Positions 1-7,615 of a stretch of 20,955 nucleotides of DNA are shown in pieces. The notes under the pieces are model-generated. The model was not told the DNA's origin. It did no database searches and was given only the letters and a program-made list of their open reading frames with translations. The DNA is from Bdellovibrionota bacterium FG-2 (GTDB lineage Bacteria; Bdellovibrionota; UBA1018): positions 1 through 20,955 of the forward strand of contig JBBCAV010000308.1 in NCBI GenBank assembly GCA_051382305.1, written 5' to 3'. Position 1 is the stretch's first letter, and each line of letters starts with the position of its first letter. The position numbers and the translations under genes were made by a program.

Positions 1-107
1 GCCGTGGGCGTAGGGCCCGCGGCCGGTGCGGCGGGATCTTTCCCGCAGGCGCTCAACGTCATTAAACTCAATACTAAAATTGGCAAAACTTTTTTCATGG
101 TTTTCAT
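1..107 (-). CDS. Lipoprotein, 5' portion only (runs off the left edge)
   Basis: Not in the ORF track. The minus strand from ATG 107 (alternative ATG 98) reads MKTMKKVLPILVLSLMTLSA-CGKDPAAPAAGPTPT: basic N-terminus, hydrophobic core, LSAC lipobox, Pro/Ala linker. GGAG lies about 6 nt upstream. Confidence 0.8.
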   Translation of the reverse strand, partial: MKTMKKVLPILVLSLMTLSACGKDPAAPAAGPTPT

Positions 108-167
108 AATTTTCTCCAACATCGGTGTCTGTGGGTTTGGACAGACAACAGAGTCGGTAATTAGCAA

Positions 168-183
168 TACATGCGGCGTGCCA
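168..183 (-). promoter_or_regulatory. Putative sigma54 (-24/-12) promoter
   Basis: Minus strand TGGCACG-CCGC-ATGTA: perfect -24 box, variant -12 box (GG-N10-GT rather than GC), about 60 nt upstream of the lipoprotein start. Confidence 0.45.
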
Positions 184-222
184 AAACAGACACAGGAGGG
201 ATGTAGGATTTTCCTAACGTAA

Positions 223-235
223 AATCAAGGACTTA
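223..235 (+). promoter_or_regulatory. Putative IHF binding site
   Basis: AATCAAGGACTTA is an exact match to WATCAANNNNTTR, in an AT-rich intergenic region about 40 bp upstream of the sigma54-like box. Confidence 0.5.
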
Positions 236-290
236 AAAAATTGCAAAATGATGCAGGAACATGGATAGCTGTCTAAGAAATGGACAACTA

Positions 291-1913
291 TCAAGACAGA
301 AGACAGCGAATCTGTTTTCGGGCCAGCAAAATAGCACTTGGGCTCATGCTAAACTCATCCAACCCCATCTTTATAAGCAGCGGAATATGCTCTGCACTCC
401 CCGCCATTTCGCCACACATCCCCACCGGGATCCCGGCCTTGTGGCCATTCTCAATCGTCATCGCGATTAGCTTCAAGACGGCCGGATGATTGGGATCATA
501 AAGATCACTGATCTTCTGATTCATGCGATCAACCGCACACGTGTACTGAATCAGATCGTTCGTGCCAATGCTAAAAAAATCCGCATGCTTCGCAAGCTCA
601 TCCGAAACAAGCGCCGCAGAAGGAATTTCGATCATCACGCCAACCCGAAGTTTCGCAGATACGACCACCCCCTCGGATTCAAGCTCACGGCGAACTTCGC
701 CCAAAAACGCCTTCGCTTCCAGCAATTCACCGACCCCAGAAATCATGGGAAACATAATGCCCAAATTACCGTGGGCACTCGAGCGCAATAGAGCGCGAAG
801 CTGGGTCCGAAATAATGTTTTAGCCCGTAAGCAAATGCGAATCGCCCGATAGCCCAAAAATGGATTTTGCTCTTTCTCGAGTTTCAAGTAAGGCAACTCC
901 TTGTCGCCCCCAATGTCTAAAGTGCGAATGATGACAGGATGAGGAGCCATGCCTCCGACAATCTCGCGATAGGCCTCGTACTGCTCTTCTTCAGTCGGAA
1001 GAGTGTCGCGATCCATAAAGAGAAATTCTGTCCGAAAAAGCCCAACGCCTTCGGCGCCATTTCGGCGCAACAGCTCGAGGTCTTTGGGTGACCCAATATT
1101 GCCTTCAAGCCTGACCCGATGGCCATCCAAGGTCACGCTCGGAGCATTGAGCAAAGTCGCGAGCTCCTTTTTCTCAGCGAGAAGTTTATCCTGCTCGTCT
1201 CTGAATTTTTTTACAGTCCCCGCATCGGGATCTAAAATGATCTCCCCTGTGGCCCCATTGAGCACCACGTATTGACCGGATTGCAACTTTGTGCTCGCGC
1301 TCCCTGTGCCCACTACCGCCGGAATTTCAAGCGAGCGCGCCAGAATCGCCGAATGCGAAGTCTTTCCGCCCACGTCAGTCACAAAGCCTAAGACATTTCG
1401 ACGATCCAGTGTTGCGGTTTGCGAAGGCGTCAAATCCTCAGCCACTAAAACGATTTCACTCGCCAACGCCGCCAGATCGACAGCGGGCCGTCCCACCAGG
1501 TGGCGCAACACTCGCTCCGATACATCCCGAATATCAACCGCACGCGCACGCATGTACTCGTTTTCCATGGCCTCGAATACCGCAATGTACTCGGCACTCA
1601 CCTGTTGAAAAACCCACTCCGCACAACTCCCCTCCGAACGAATTCGATCTCGAGTCGATTCAAGAAGCTCAGGGTCTTCTAGAATCATCACATGCGCGTC
1701 AAAAATTGCAGCTTTTTCTTCGCCTAAGGCCTTCTCGGCGTGCAACCGAAGCCGCCTCAATTGGACCTTTGAAGCCTCAAGTGCTTCTTCAAAGCGCCTA
1801 TTTTCAAGGGCGGAATCAAGTCCCGAACGACACTTAATTTCCAATGGCTCCTGACGAAGGACTAGAAGTGTTCCAATTGCAATGCCAGGAGAGGCGGGTA
1901 TTCCACGGATCAT
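291..1913 (-). CDS. ptsI: Phosphoenolpyruvate-protein phosphotransferase (PTS enzyme I)
   Basis: GIPASPGIAIG N-terminus, phospho-His motif TSHSAILARS, GVGLFRTEFLF, RTLDIGGDK, NPFLGYRAIR, DFFSIGTNDLIQY, GMCGEMAG. ATGA overlap with ptsH. Confidence 0.98.
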   Translation of the reverse strand: MIRGIPASPGIAIGTLLVLRQEPLEIKCRSGLDSALENRRFEEALEASKVQLRRLRLHAEKALGEEKAAIFDAHVMILEDPELLESTRDRIRSEGSCAEWVFQQVSAEYIAVFEAMENEYMRARAVDIRDVSERVLRHLVGRPAVDLAALASEIVLVAEDLTPSQTATLDRRNVLGFVTDVGGKTSHSAILARSLEIPAVVGTGSASTKLQSGQYVVLNGATGEIILDPDAGTVKKFRDEQDKLLAEKKELATLLNAPSVTLDGHRVRLEGNIGSPKDLELLRRNGAEGVGLFRTEFLFMDRDTLPTEEEQYEAYREIVGGMAPHPVIIRTLDIGGDKELPYLKLEKEQNPFLGYRAIRICLRAKTLFRTQLRALLRSSAHGNLGIMFPMISGVGELLEAKAFLGEVRRELESEGVVVSAKLRVGVMIEIPSAALVSDELAKHADFFSIGTNDLIQYTCAVDRMNQKISDLYDPNHPAVLKLIAMTIENGHKAGIPVGMCGEMAGSAEHIPLLIKMGLDEFSMSPSAILLARKQIRCLLS

Positions 1914-2152
1914 ACTAATTTGGACAACGCTTCTATAGCTTGCTCGGCGTCTTCACCCTGCGCGCTGATCGTCAACTCCGAGCCCTTTTCGACCCCCAAA
2001 GTCATAATGCTCATGATGGATTTTCCATTTTTCACTACGCCCTTAGCGCGCACTTCGATGGTCGATTTGAACTGGGTCGCAGTTTTTACAAAAAGGCCAG
2101 CCGGACGGGCGTGCATCCCGTCTTCATTTTTCACAATAAGCGTACGTTCCAT
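1910..2152 (-). CDS. ptsH: Phosphocarrier protein HPr
   Basis: 80 aa; GMHARPA (His15 equivalent) and KSIMSIMTLGV (Ser46 equivalent). Confidence 0.97.
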   Translation of the reverse strand: MERTLIVKNEDGMHARPAGLFVKTATQFKSTIEVRAKGVVKNGKSIMSIMTLGVEKGSELTISAQGEDAEQAIEALSKLV

Positions 2153-2154
2153 CT

Positions 2155-4077
2155 TTATATCCTCACTCTCAAAATATCATCTTTGGCCTTAATAGAGCCT
2201 TTTCTCAAAATATCTAGCCCCTTGGTCTTATCAAGATTGGTCACAACCACAGGACTAATCATCGATTTGGCCTCACGCCTCACGGCCTCCAAATCAAACT
2301 CAATAAGACGATCGCCCTTCTTGACACGCGCTCCGGTTGCCACACAGGCACGAAAGCCTTTACCTTGCAGCTTAACGGTGTCGATTCCGACATGAACGAG
2401 AATCTCCAGGCCGTCGGCTGTCACAATCCCCACTGCGTGGTTCGTGCGGAACATCTGCGCGACCTCACCATCCACTGGAGAATAAACGATGCCTTCACTC
2501 GGCTCTACTGCAAATCCGTCACCCAAGATTTTATGAGAAAAAGTTTCATCAGGGACGTCCGCCAACGCTAAGAGTTTTCCCGAAAGCGGCGAACAAAGAA
2601 CGACGCCTAAAACTTGCTTTGAAGCTCCAGGTCCGACACTTGCGCCACTGGCGATGAGGGATCGAATTTCTTCCTTAATTTGATCCGATTGCGTTCCAAA
2701 TACGACTTGAAGACTTCCTCCACCGGCATTCATAATCCCGGCCGCGCCTAATTGTTTGAGCCGGGCTTGATTGACCATCCCTGCGTCGCCCACTTGAAGC
2801 CGTAAACGCGTGATGCACGCATCAAGATCACGAATATTCGCAGCACCACCCAGTGCAATCAAAATCTCTCCAGCTCGCTCGCTGCCTTCAACGACATCTA
2901 AAGCCTGCTCTTCAAGCTCTTCGCGTCCTGGCGTTTTGAGATTGAGCCAACCGATCAACGTGTAAAACACGCTGAAATAAGTCAATCCAATGAGCGGTCC
3001 GACGATGGTGAACAAATAGAGGCTGTTTTTTGAGTTGAAAAATCCAAGCCCAAAATCAATCATTGAAGCCGAAAAGGTATAACCCAGATGAATGTCGAGC
3101 ATCCCCGTCAACACGCCTGAGGCAAACGCAGCTAAAACGTGAAACACAAAAAGAATTGGCGCGACAAAGATGAACGCAAACTCGATGGGCTCGGTGATGC
3201 CGGTCACAATCGAAGTCAGCGCAGCCGAAAGCATGATCCCCGCCACTGCTTTTTTACGTGAAGCGTCCGCGCGCAAGTACATCGCGAAGGCCGCAGCCGG
3301 CAGACCAAAGAGCATCATCGGAAACTCAGAGGCCATGAATCGACCCGCCGTTGGATCGCCCGCAAAATAGCGAGCCGTTTCGCCATGAAGAACCTTGCCC
3401 GACTCCGTGACGAATTCCCCAAATTGATACAAAAACGGGGGATAATAGACATGATGCAACCCCACCGGAATCAATAACCGTTTTACGGCTGCATAAAAGG
3501 CCGGGCCATAATCAGAGGCCATGACCGATATGCCAAACGAATTAATCCCACTTTGAATGGGGGGCCAAACAAAACCTAAAACAATCGCGACCAGAATCGA
3601 CGCGCCGGCCGTCACGATGGGAACAAAGCGTTTGCCTGCGAAAAATCCAAAAACAGGATGGAGTTTGATTTGATGGAATTTTTTATAGAGCGTGGCCGAA
3701 AGAAGTCCAATGATGATTCCGCCGAAAACCCCGGTATTGATCGCCATCGAAAGCTCGCGCGCATCGCCCACAGCTTTAAGCACGTTGATCAGGGTAAAAT
3801 ATCCCACAACTGAAGCGAGCCCGGCGACTGCCGCGCCGCCTGTAAATCCGATCGCGACCCCAATGGCAAACACCACGGGGAGTTGTTCGAAAATCGCAAT
3901 CCCTCCAGTAAAGCAAATGTCGCCGAAAGCGTGGAGCAATTTATTCTCCGTCATTTTTTGGATCATGCGACCCACAGCCACCAACAAACCTGCCGCCGGA
4001 AGAACGGACACAGGAACCATGAGCGATTGCCCCACTCGTTGTAGGGTCGCAAAAATCTGATTCTTATTTTGAGCCAC
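2155..4077 (-). CDS. ptsG: PTS glucose/N-acetylglucosamine-family transporter EIICBA
   Basis: Start corrected to GTG 4077 (AAGGAG 6 nt upstream; MAQNKNQIFATLQRVGQSLMVPVSVLPAAG is the family N-terminus), 640 aa. EIIC: GITEPIEF, GKRFVPI. EIIB: LDACITRLR. EIIA: LVHVGIDTV. Glucose versus GlcNAc specificity cannot be resolved by eye. Confidence 0.93.
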   Translation of the reverse strand: MAQNKNQIFATLQRVGQSLMVPVSVLPAAGLLVAVGRMIQKMTENKLLHAFGDICFTGGIAIFEQLPVVFAIGVAIGFTGGAAVAGLASVVGYFTLINVLKAVGDARELSMAINTGVFGGIIIGLLSATLYKKFHQIKLHPVFGFFAGKRFVPIVTAGASILVAIVLGFVWPPIQSGINSFGISVMASDYGPAFYAAVKRLLIPVGLHHVYYPPFLYQFGEFVTESGKVLHGETARYFAGDPTAGRFMASEFPMMLFGLPAAAFAMYLRADASRKKAVAGIMLSAALTSIVTGITEPIEFAFIFVAPILFVFHVLAAFASGVLTGMLDIHLGYTFSASMIDFGLGFFNSKNSLYLFTIVGPLIGLTYFSVFYTLIGWLNLKTPGREELEEQALDVVEGSERAGEILIALGGAANIRDLDACITRLRLQVGDAGMVNQARLKQLGAAGIMNAGGGSLQVVFGTQSDQIKEEIRSLIASGASVGPGASKQVLGVVLCSPLSGKLLALADVPDETFSHKILGDGFAVEPSEGIVYSPVDGEVAQMFRTNHAVGIVTADGLEILVHVGIDTVKLQGKGFRACVATGARVKKGDRLIEFDLEAVRREAKSMISPVVVTNLDKTKGLDILRKGSIKAKDDILRVRI

Positions 4078-4083
4078 GAGGGT

Positions 4084-4120
4084 CTCCTTAGTGTTAGTGA
4101 GGGAGGGAATTTCTAAGGAG
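4084..4120 (-). promoter_or_regulatory. 8-bp inverted repeat sequestering the ptsG Shine-Dalgarno
   Basis: On the mRNA strand: CTCCTTAG (4120-4113), 21-nt loop, CTAAGGAG (4091-4084). The 3' arm contains the SD AAGGAG. Confidence 0.55.
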
Positions 4121-4156
4121 TTACTATTGTTTAGCTGCGCTAAAGTCAAGCCACCG

Positions 4157-5611
4157 TTAGATGAAAGGGCGCAGAATCTCACCAATTCGCGGGTTATCTT
4201 TGCTGTCGGCTTGAACTCCAATATAGCCAAGGAACGTCCTTGAGAGATGAGGCCACCGCTGAGCTGCGTCATACGCAAGATGCTCGGCTGAATCAATTTT
4301 TCCACGAGCCACCTGGCGCCTAATCATGATTTGAAAAACAATGGGGTCAAACACCCGATCTCGAAGCAGCTGCCAGCCGCGAGAGAGAACAGTGTCGTCC
4401 GAATCCGTTTTGTCGAGCAAATAGAATTCCATCGTTGCAAAATCATCATCGGTGCGCACGTCCGGCGGAAAGCGATCCAAAAAGCGTCGACCTTGATCCA
4501 AAAAACCGGCCTCCACAAGTGCGATGATCGCTTCACGCAAAATTCGGGGTTCCCGCGGAGAGGCCATAATGGATTTGGAGAAAAACACGATTGCGGAATT
4601 GAGGTTCTTTTTCTTGAGCTGATCTTTACCCCCCACAATGAGCGCCCCCGAAACCGTATAGAGCAACTGCGGCGTCTTGGAATCCATCGCAGGAAGCACC
4701 TCAAAGTATTCAACGACGTGATCATAATGACGAGTAAGGACTGCAAGCTTGAAAAGCTCCTCTGCGCGCTCTGGCTTCTTAAAAAAATGGGGGAGAATCT
4801 TGCGCGCCATTTCGTACGCTTCGTCGTATCTTTTTTGGCGAACGAGCATATCAAAGACTTCGGCAATAAACCCCGCGCGTGCGGGGCCCTCAGGAATCGA
4901 GGCGACAGCCGGAATCTGTACGGCCTTAGAAGGCAGACCCTTCGTAAAATCTTCTTCATTCTTCACGGCCTCAACAATCTGAGAAACCGTCGGGATCGCC
5001 GCCTTGCGCGCCTCTTCTTGTTTTGCAAGTTGCGCTTCACGCTCGATTCGAGCGCGAACTTCTTGGGCCCGAGCCACTTCAAGTTTTCGGATCGCTTTGA
5101 TGAGGCGCTCATCATGAATCAGATCTTCTGGAGCCTGGGTCTTAATAAAACTTCTTGCCTTGGCCTTTTGGTCAATGGCATCCAAGATGCCTTTTCGCAT
5201 CCGCTCAGGCGTAAACGGATAGAGCATGCAAAGATCCACATGCTTATCGAAAATCCGTCCGATGGTCGCCTCTGAGCTATCTTCAGTCACAATGATGGTC
5301 AGAGTTTCCGCGGGAATAAATGTTTTACCTTTTTCATCAATCCAAAGCTCAGTCCCATAGACCGTTCCTAAACGATAATCCGTGATGATCATGCGGGGGT
5401 TTCGCTTTCGAATTTCATCGCGAGCGACAAGCACGTTTGACACCACTACAAGCTGACTGAGCCGCACGCCCATCGACATAAACACACTTGTCAGAGCGCT
5501 GCGCAGGAGATTATTGGGACTAACCACCAATATTTTCTGATCGCGCACAAAGTCCTCGAAGGGAGACTTCGTGGTCTTTTTGTATGCAATAGGGGGCGAT
5601 GATTTAGCCAA
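4157..5611 (-). CDS. Atypical receiver-domain / coiled-coil / TPR-like protein
   Basis: TTG start with GGAGG upstream. The N-terminus follows a receiver fold (KILVVS..., MIITDY, IIVTED, YPFT), followed by a charged helical segment (EVARAQEVRARIEREAQLAKQEEARK) and helical TPR-like repeats. Confidence 0.7.
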   Translation of the reverse strand: MAKSSPPIAYKKTTKSPFEDFVRDQKILVVSPNNLLRSALTSVFMSMGVRLSQLVVVSNVLVARDEIRKRNPRMIITDYRLGTVYGTELWIDEKGKTFIPAETLTIIVTEDSSEATIGRIFDKHVDLCMLYPFTPERMRKGILDAIDQKAKARSFIKTQAPEDLIHDERLIKAIRKLEVARAQEVRARIEREAQLAKQEEARKAAIPTVSQIVEAVKNEEDFTKGLPSKAVQIPAVASIPEGPARAGFIAEVFDMLVRQKRYDEAYEMARKILPHFFKKPERAEELFKLAVLTRHYDHVVEYFEVLPAMDSKTPQLLYTVSGALIVGGKDQLKKKNLNSAIVFFSKSIMASPREPRILREAIIALVEAGFLDQGRRFLDRFPPDVRTDDDFATMEFYLLDKTDSDDTVLSRGWQLLRDRVFDPIVFQIMIRRQVARGKIDSAEHLAYDAAQRWPHLSRTFLGYIGVQADSKDNPRIGEILRPFI

Positions 5612-5629
5612 GACTCCTCCTTCAACTTC

Positions 5630-5656
5630 TCATCGGAAGTCTGTGGAAAAACATGA
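5630..5656 (-). promoter_or_regulatory. Putative sigma28 (FliA)-type promoter
   Basis: TCAT-N15-TCCGATGA versus consensus TAAA-N15-GCCGATAA, just upstream of the RBS of the receiver-TPR gene. Confidence 0.35.
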
Positions 5657-5711
5657 GAGTAGTTTCGAACTCTATCCGTCATTCTTTTGGCAGCGGCAAA
5701 GAGAGATTGGA

Positions 5712-6815
5712 TCAATATGGGCCCGTAGCCCTTTGCATAGATTGAGTAGTAATCAAACTGATGATGCTATCAACCGCATACGTGGAAACCCCGAATTGCT
5801 GAGCGACTTCATTCTGATATTTTTTGCGCGCCTCAGTCTCAGTGCGCATGTACTCCTCCGAGGTGATCTCATTCTTCACTAGCCTGCCCCTCAATAACTC
5901 GCATTCTTTCTGGTATGGGCCATTCGCGCGGAGAAATGCTGCTAAATATTCCTGGTTCGAGAACTTCCGATTTGCCGTTGTGACTTCTCTATCCCCGACT
6001 TTAATGCCCTCCTGTTCCAGTTCACGCACCCACTGTTTCTTTACAGTATCTGGGATGGTGGGAACCTGACTTGAACCTTTGGAGACTGCCAATACATCCA
6101 TCCCAAGCCCCATGCCGGCAGGAGGGCTTAGAGGCGGAAAACCCCCGCTTTGGGGCGCAGGCCACTCCCCTAATTTTGACTTTGACAGGACAGGACGTTT
6201 CTCAATCGCAGTGACCTGGCACATCCCGCGCGAATCCAACCAATAACGGTAAATCAAATTCGAATTACTCATCATCGCTTCAGCAAGTGCCGCGTCTTTC
6301 TGTAACGCCTTGTACTCGGCGGCAACCATTTGCAAGGCATGGAGCAAGCGATCTTGAGACTCACACCAGTCCACGGGATCTGGCAATATAACGACAAGAG
6401 CACTAAGATCCTGAGCCCCCCTCCTTCGGCCTTCGAGATTTATTTCCAAATGTGGAACTACTTTCCATTTTGAAAATACGACAGTAGAAGCCCATGACAG
6501 ACCTAGTTCGGGGTTCATTATCACTTCTGTGATTTGCGAGGACAAGAAATCATGAAAATTCTTATTCTTGCATCCTTTAACCTGCGCAATCACGTCCCTT
6601 AAGACATCGCCCGCTGAGGCCCCCAACTTATACGAAGGAAACTAGATTTCACCAAAAGGAGAAACCTCGGCGGCGGTTCGATTCGGATAACAAATCCGCG
6701 CCGGTCCCGCGCCCTGCGCGGGGCGCACCACACACTGCGAGAGCAAGCTTCCCTGCGGTCCCGCAAAGGCCGACAGACTGGGGAAAAGCAAAAGAATGCA
6801 CCAGCGGGGCATCAT
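5712..6815 (-). pseudogene. Secreted hypothetical protein (367 codons) with one in-frame TAG at codon 58
   Basis: ATG 6815 gives MMPRWCILLLFPSLSAFA-GPQG (signal peptide, AFA cleavage site)...SPFGEI*FPSYKLGASAGDVL, in frame with ORF 5712..6626. TAG at 6642-6644. No recognisable family. Confidence 0.65.
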
Positions 6816-6822
6816 GATAAAT

Positions 6823-6849
6823 CTATCGGCAATAATCCCCCATCTCTAA
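6823..6849 (-). promoter_or_regulatory. Putative sigma28 (FliA)-type promoter, leaderless
   Basis: TTAG-N15-GCCGATAG (7/8 match to the -10 GCCGATAA), 7 nt before ATG 6815; no SD present. Confidence 0.45.
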
Positions 6850-6946
6850 ACCAAAAAGTCCGCCGTTAACGCGCAGTGCTGTGTTGATTTTTTGACGATG
6901 CATATTTAGGATTTCATGAGGGGACATTCTCTAAATTTCCAAGACC

Positions 6947-6975
6947 TAGACGCCCTTCTACATCCAAGCTATCCT
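6947..6975 (+). promoter_or_regulatory. Putative sigma70 promoter for mntA-hepT, leaderless
   Basis: TAGACG-N17-TATCCT, then 6 nt to ATG 6982; no SD. Confidence 0.45.
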
Positions 6976-6981
6976 AAACAC

Positions 6982-7272
6982 ATGAAGCGAGACGAGGTCC
7001 TTCAAATTATCTCAAGCCACCAGAGAGAATTGTCCTGCTTTAAAGTAAAGTCACTTGCGATTTTCGGGTCCGTCGCCCGAGACCAAGCCCGAAAAGACAG
7101 CGATGTTGACCTCCTTGTAGAGTTCTCTGAACCTGTAGGAATTTTCGAATTCATTGATTTAAAAGAATTTCTGGAAAAAATTCTAGGGAACAAGGTCGAT
7201 CTCGCTACCGAGCAAGCGCTAAAGAAACAACTTCGCGATCAGATCCTCAAGGAAGCTATACGTGCAGCATAG
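6982..7272 (+). CDS. mntA: Minimal nucleotidyltransferase antitoxin (MNT/MntA family)
   Basis: 96 aa from ATG 6982 (track start 6916 adds a non-homologous-looking leader). FGSVARDQARKDSDVDLLVEF is the GS-X10-DXD motif; also LGNKVDL. Confidence 0.92.
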   Translation: MKRDEVLQIISSHQRELSCFKVKSLAIFGSVARDQARKDSDVDLLVEFSEPVGIFEFIDLKEFLEKILGNKVDLATEQALKKQLRDQILKEAIRAA

Positions 7273-7603
7273 AGACTGGAAACTTCGCATTGAAGACATG
7301 CTCGAGGCGATTAGCCACATTCACCAATACACCCAAGGATTCACTTTAGAAGCCTTTTGCGCAGATCAGAAGACAATCGATGCTGTCGTCAGAAATTTCG
7401 AAATTCTGGGAGAGGCCGCAAAGAACGTTCCTGATGACGTGCAAAATATTTTTTTCGACATTCCTTGGTCCAAGATCCGAGGACTACGAAACATGCTTGC
7501 TCACGAGTATTTTGGAATCAACACCGACATTATGTGGAAAACGATTACTACGGACTTAGCACCCTTGATACCTAAACTCCAAAAAATGCTCTTAACTACC
7601 TAG
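7262..7603 (+). CDS. hepT: HEPN (DUF86/HepT-like) ribonuclease toxin
   Basis: 113 aa, GTG start overlapping mntA by 11 nt. DAVVRNFEILGEAAK and IPWSKIRGLRNMLAHEYFGI carry the RX4HXY motif. Confidence 0.92.
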   Translation: MQHRDWKLRIEDMLEAISHIHQYTQGFTLEAFCADQKTIDAVVRNFEILGEAAKNVPDDVQNIFFDIPWSKIRGLRNMLAHEYFGINTDIMWKTITTDLAPLIPKLQKMLLTT

Positions 7604-7615
7604 CGTCTGTATCCC

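Noticed and set aside
4..489. Short plus-strand ORFs 4..222, 261..470 and 280..489
   Set aside because: Antisense to the lipoprotein gene and ptsI; no independent support.
4078..4305. 76-aa N-terminal extension of ptsG in the ORF track
   Set aside because: It overlaps the upstream gene, has no family resemblance, and a strong SD plus GTG sits at 4077.
4324..5275. Long overlapping ORFs 4331..5275 (+) and 4324..4959 (-)
   Set aside because: Both lie inside the 484-aa gene, are Arg/Ser/Leu-rich and have no motifs; they are shadow frames.
6872..6903. Similarity between 6872-6903 and 17764-17787 (CGCAGTG...TTGAT...CGATGCAT) as island boundary repeats
   Set aside because: It requires two gaps, the matches are short, and the enclosed region is mostly housekeeping genes with no integrase.
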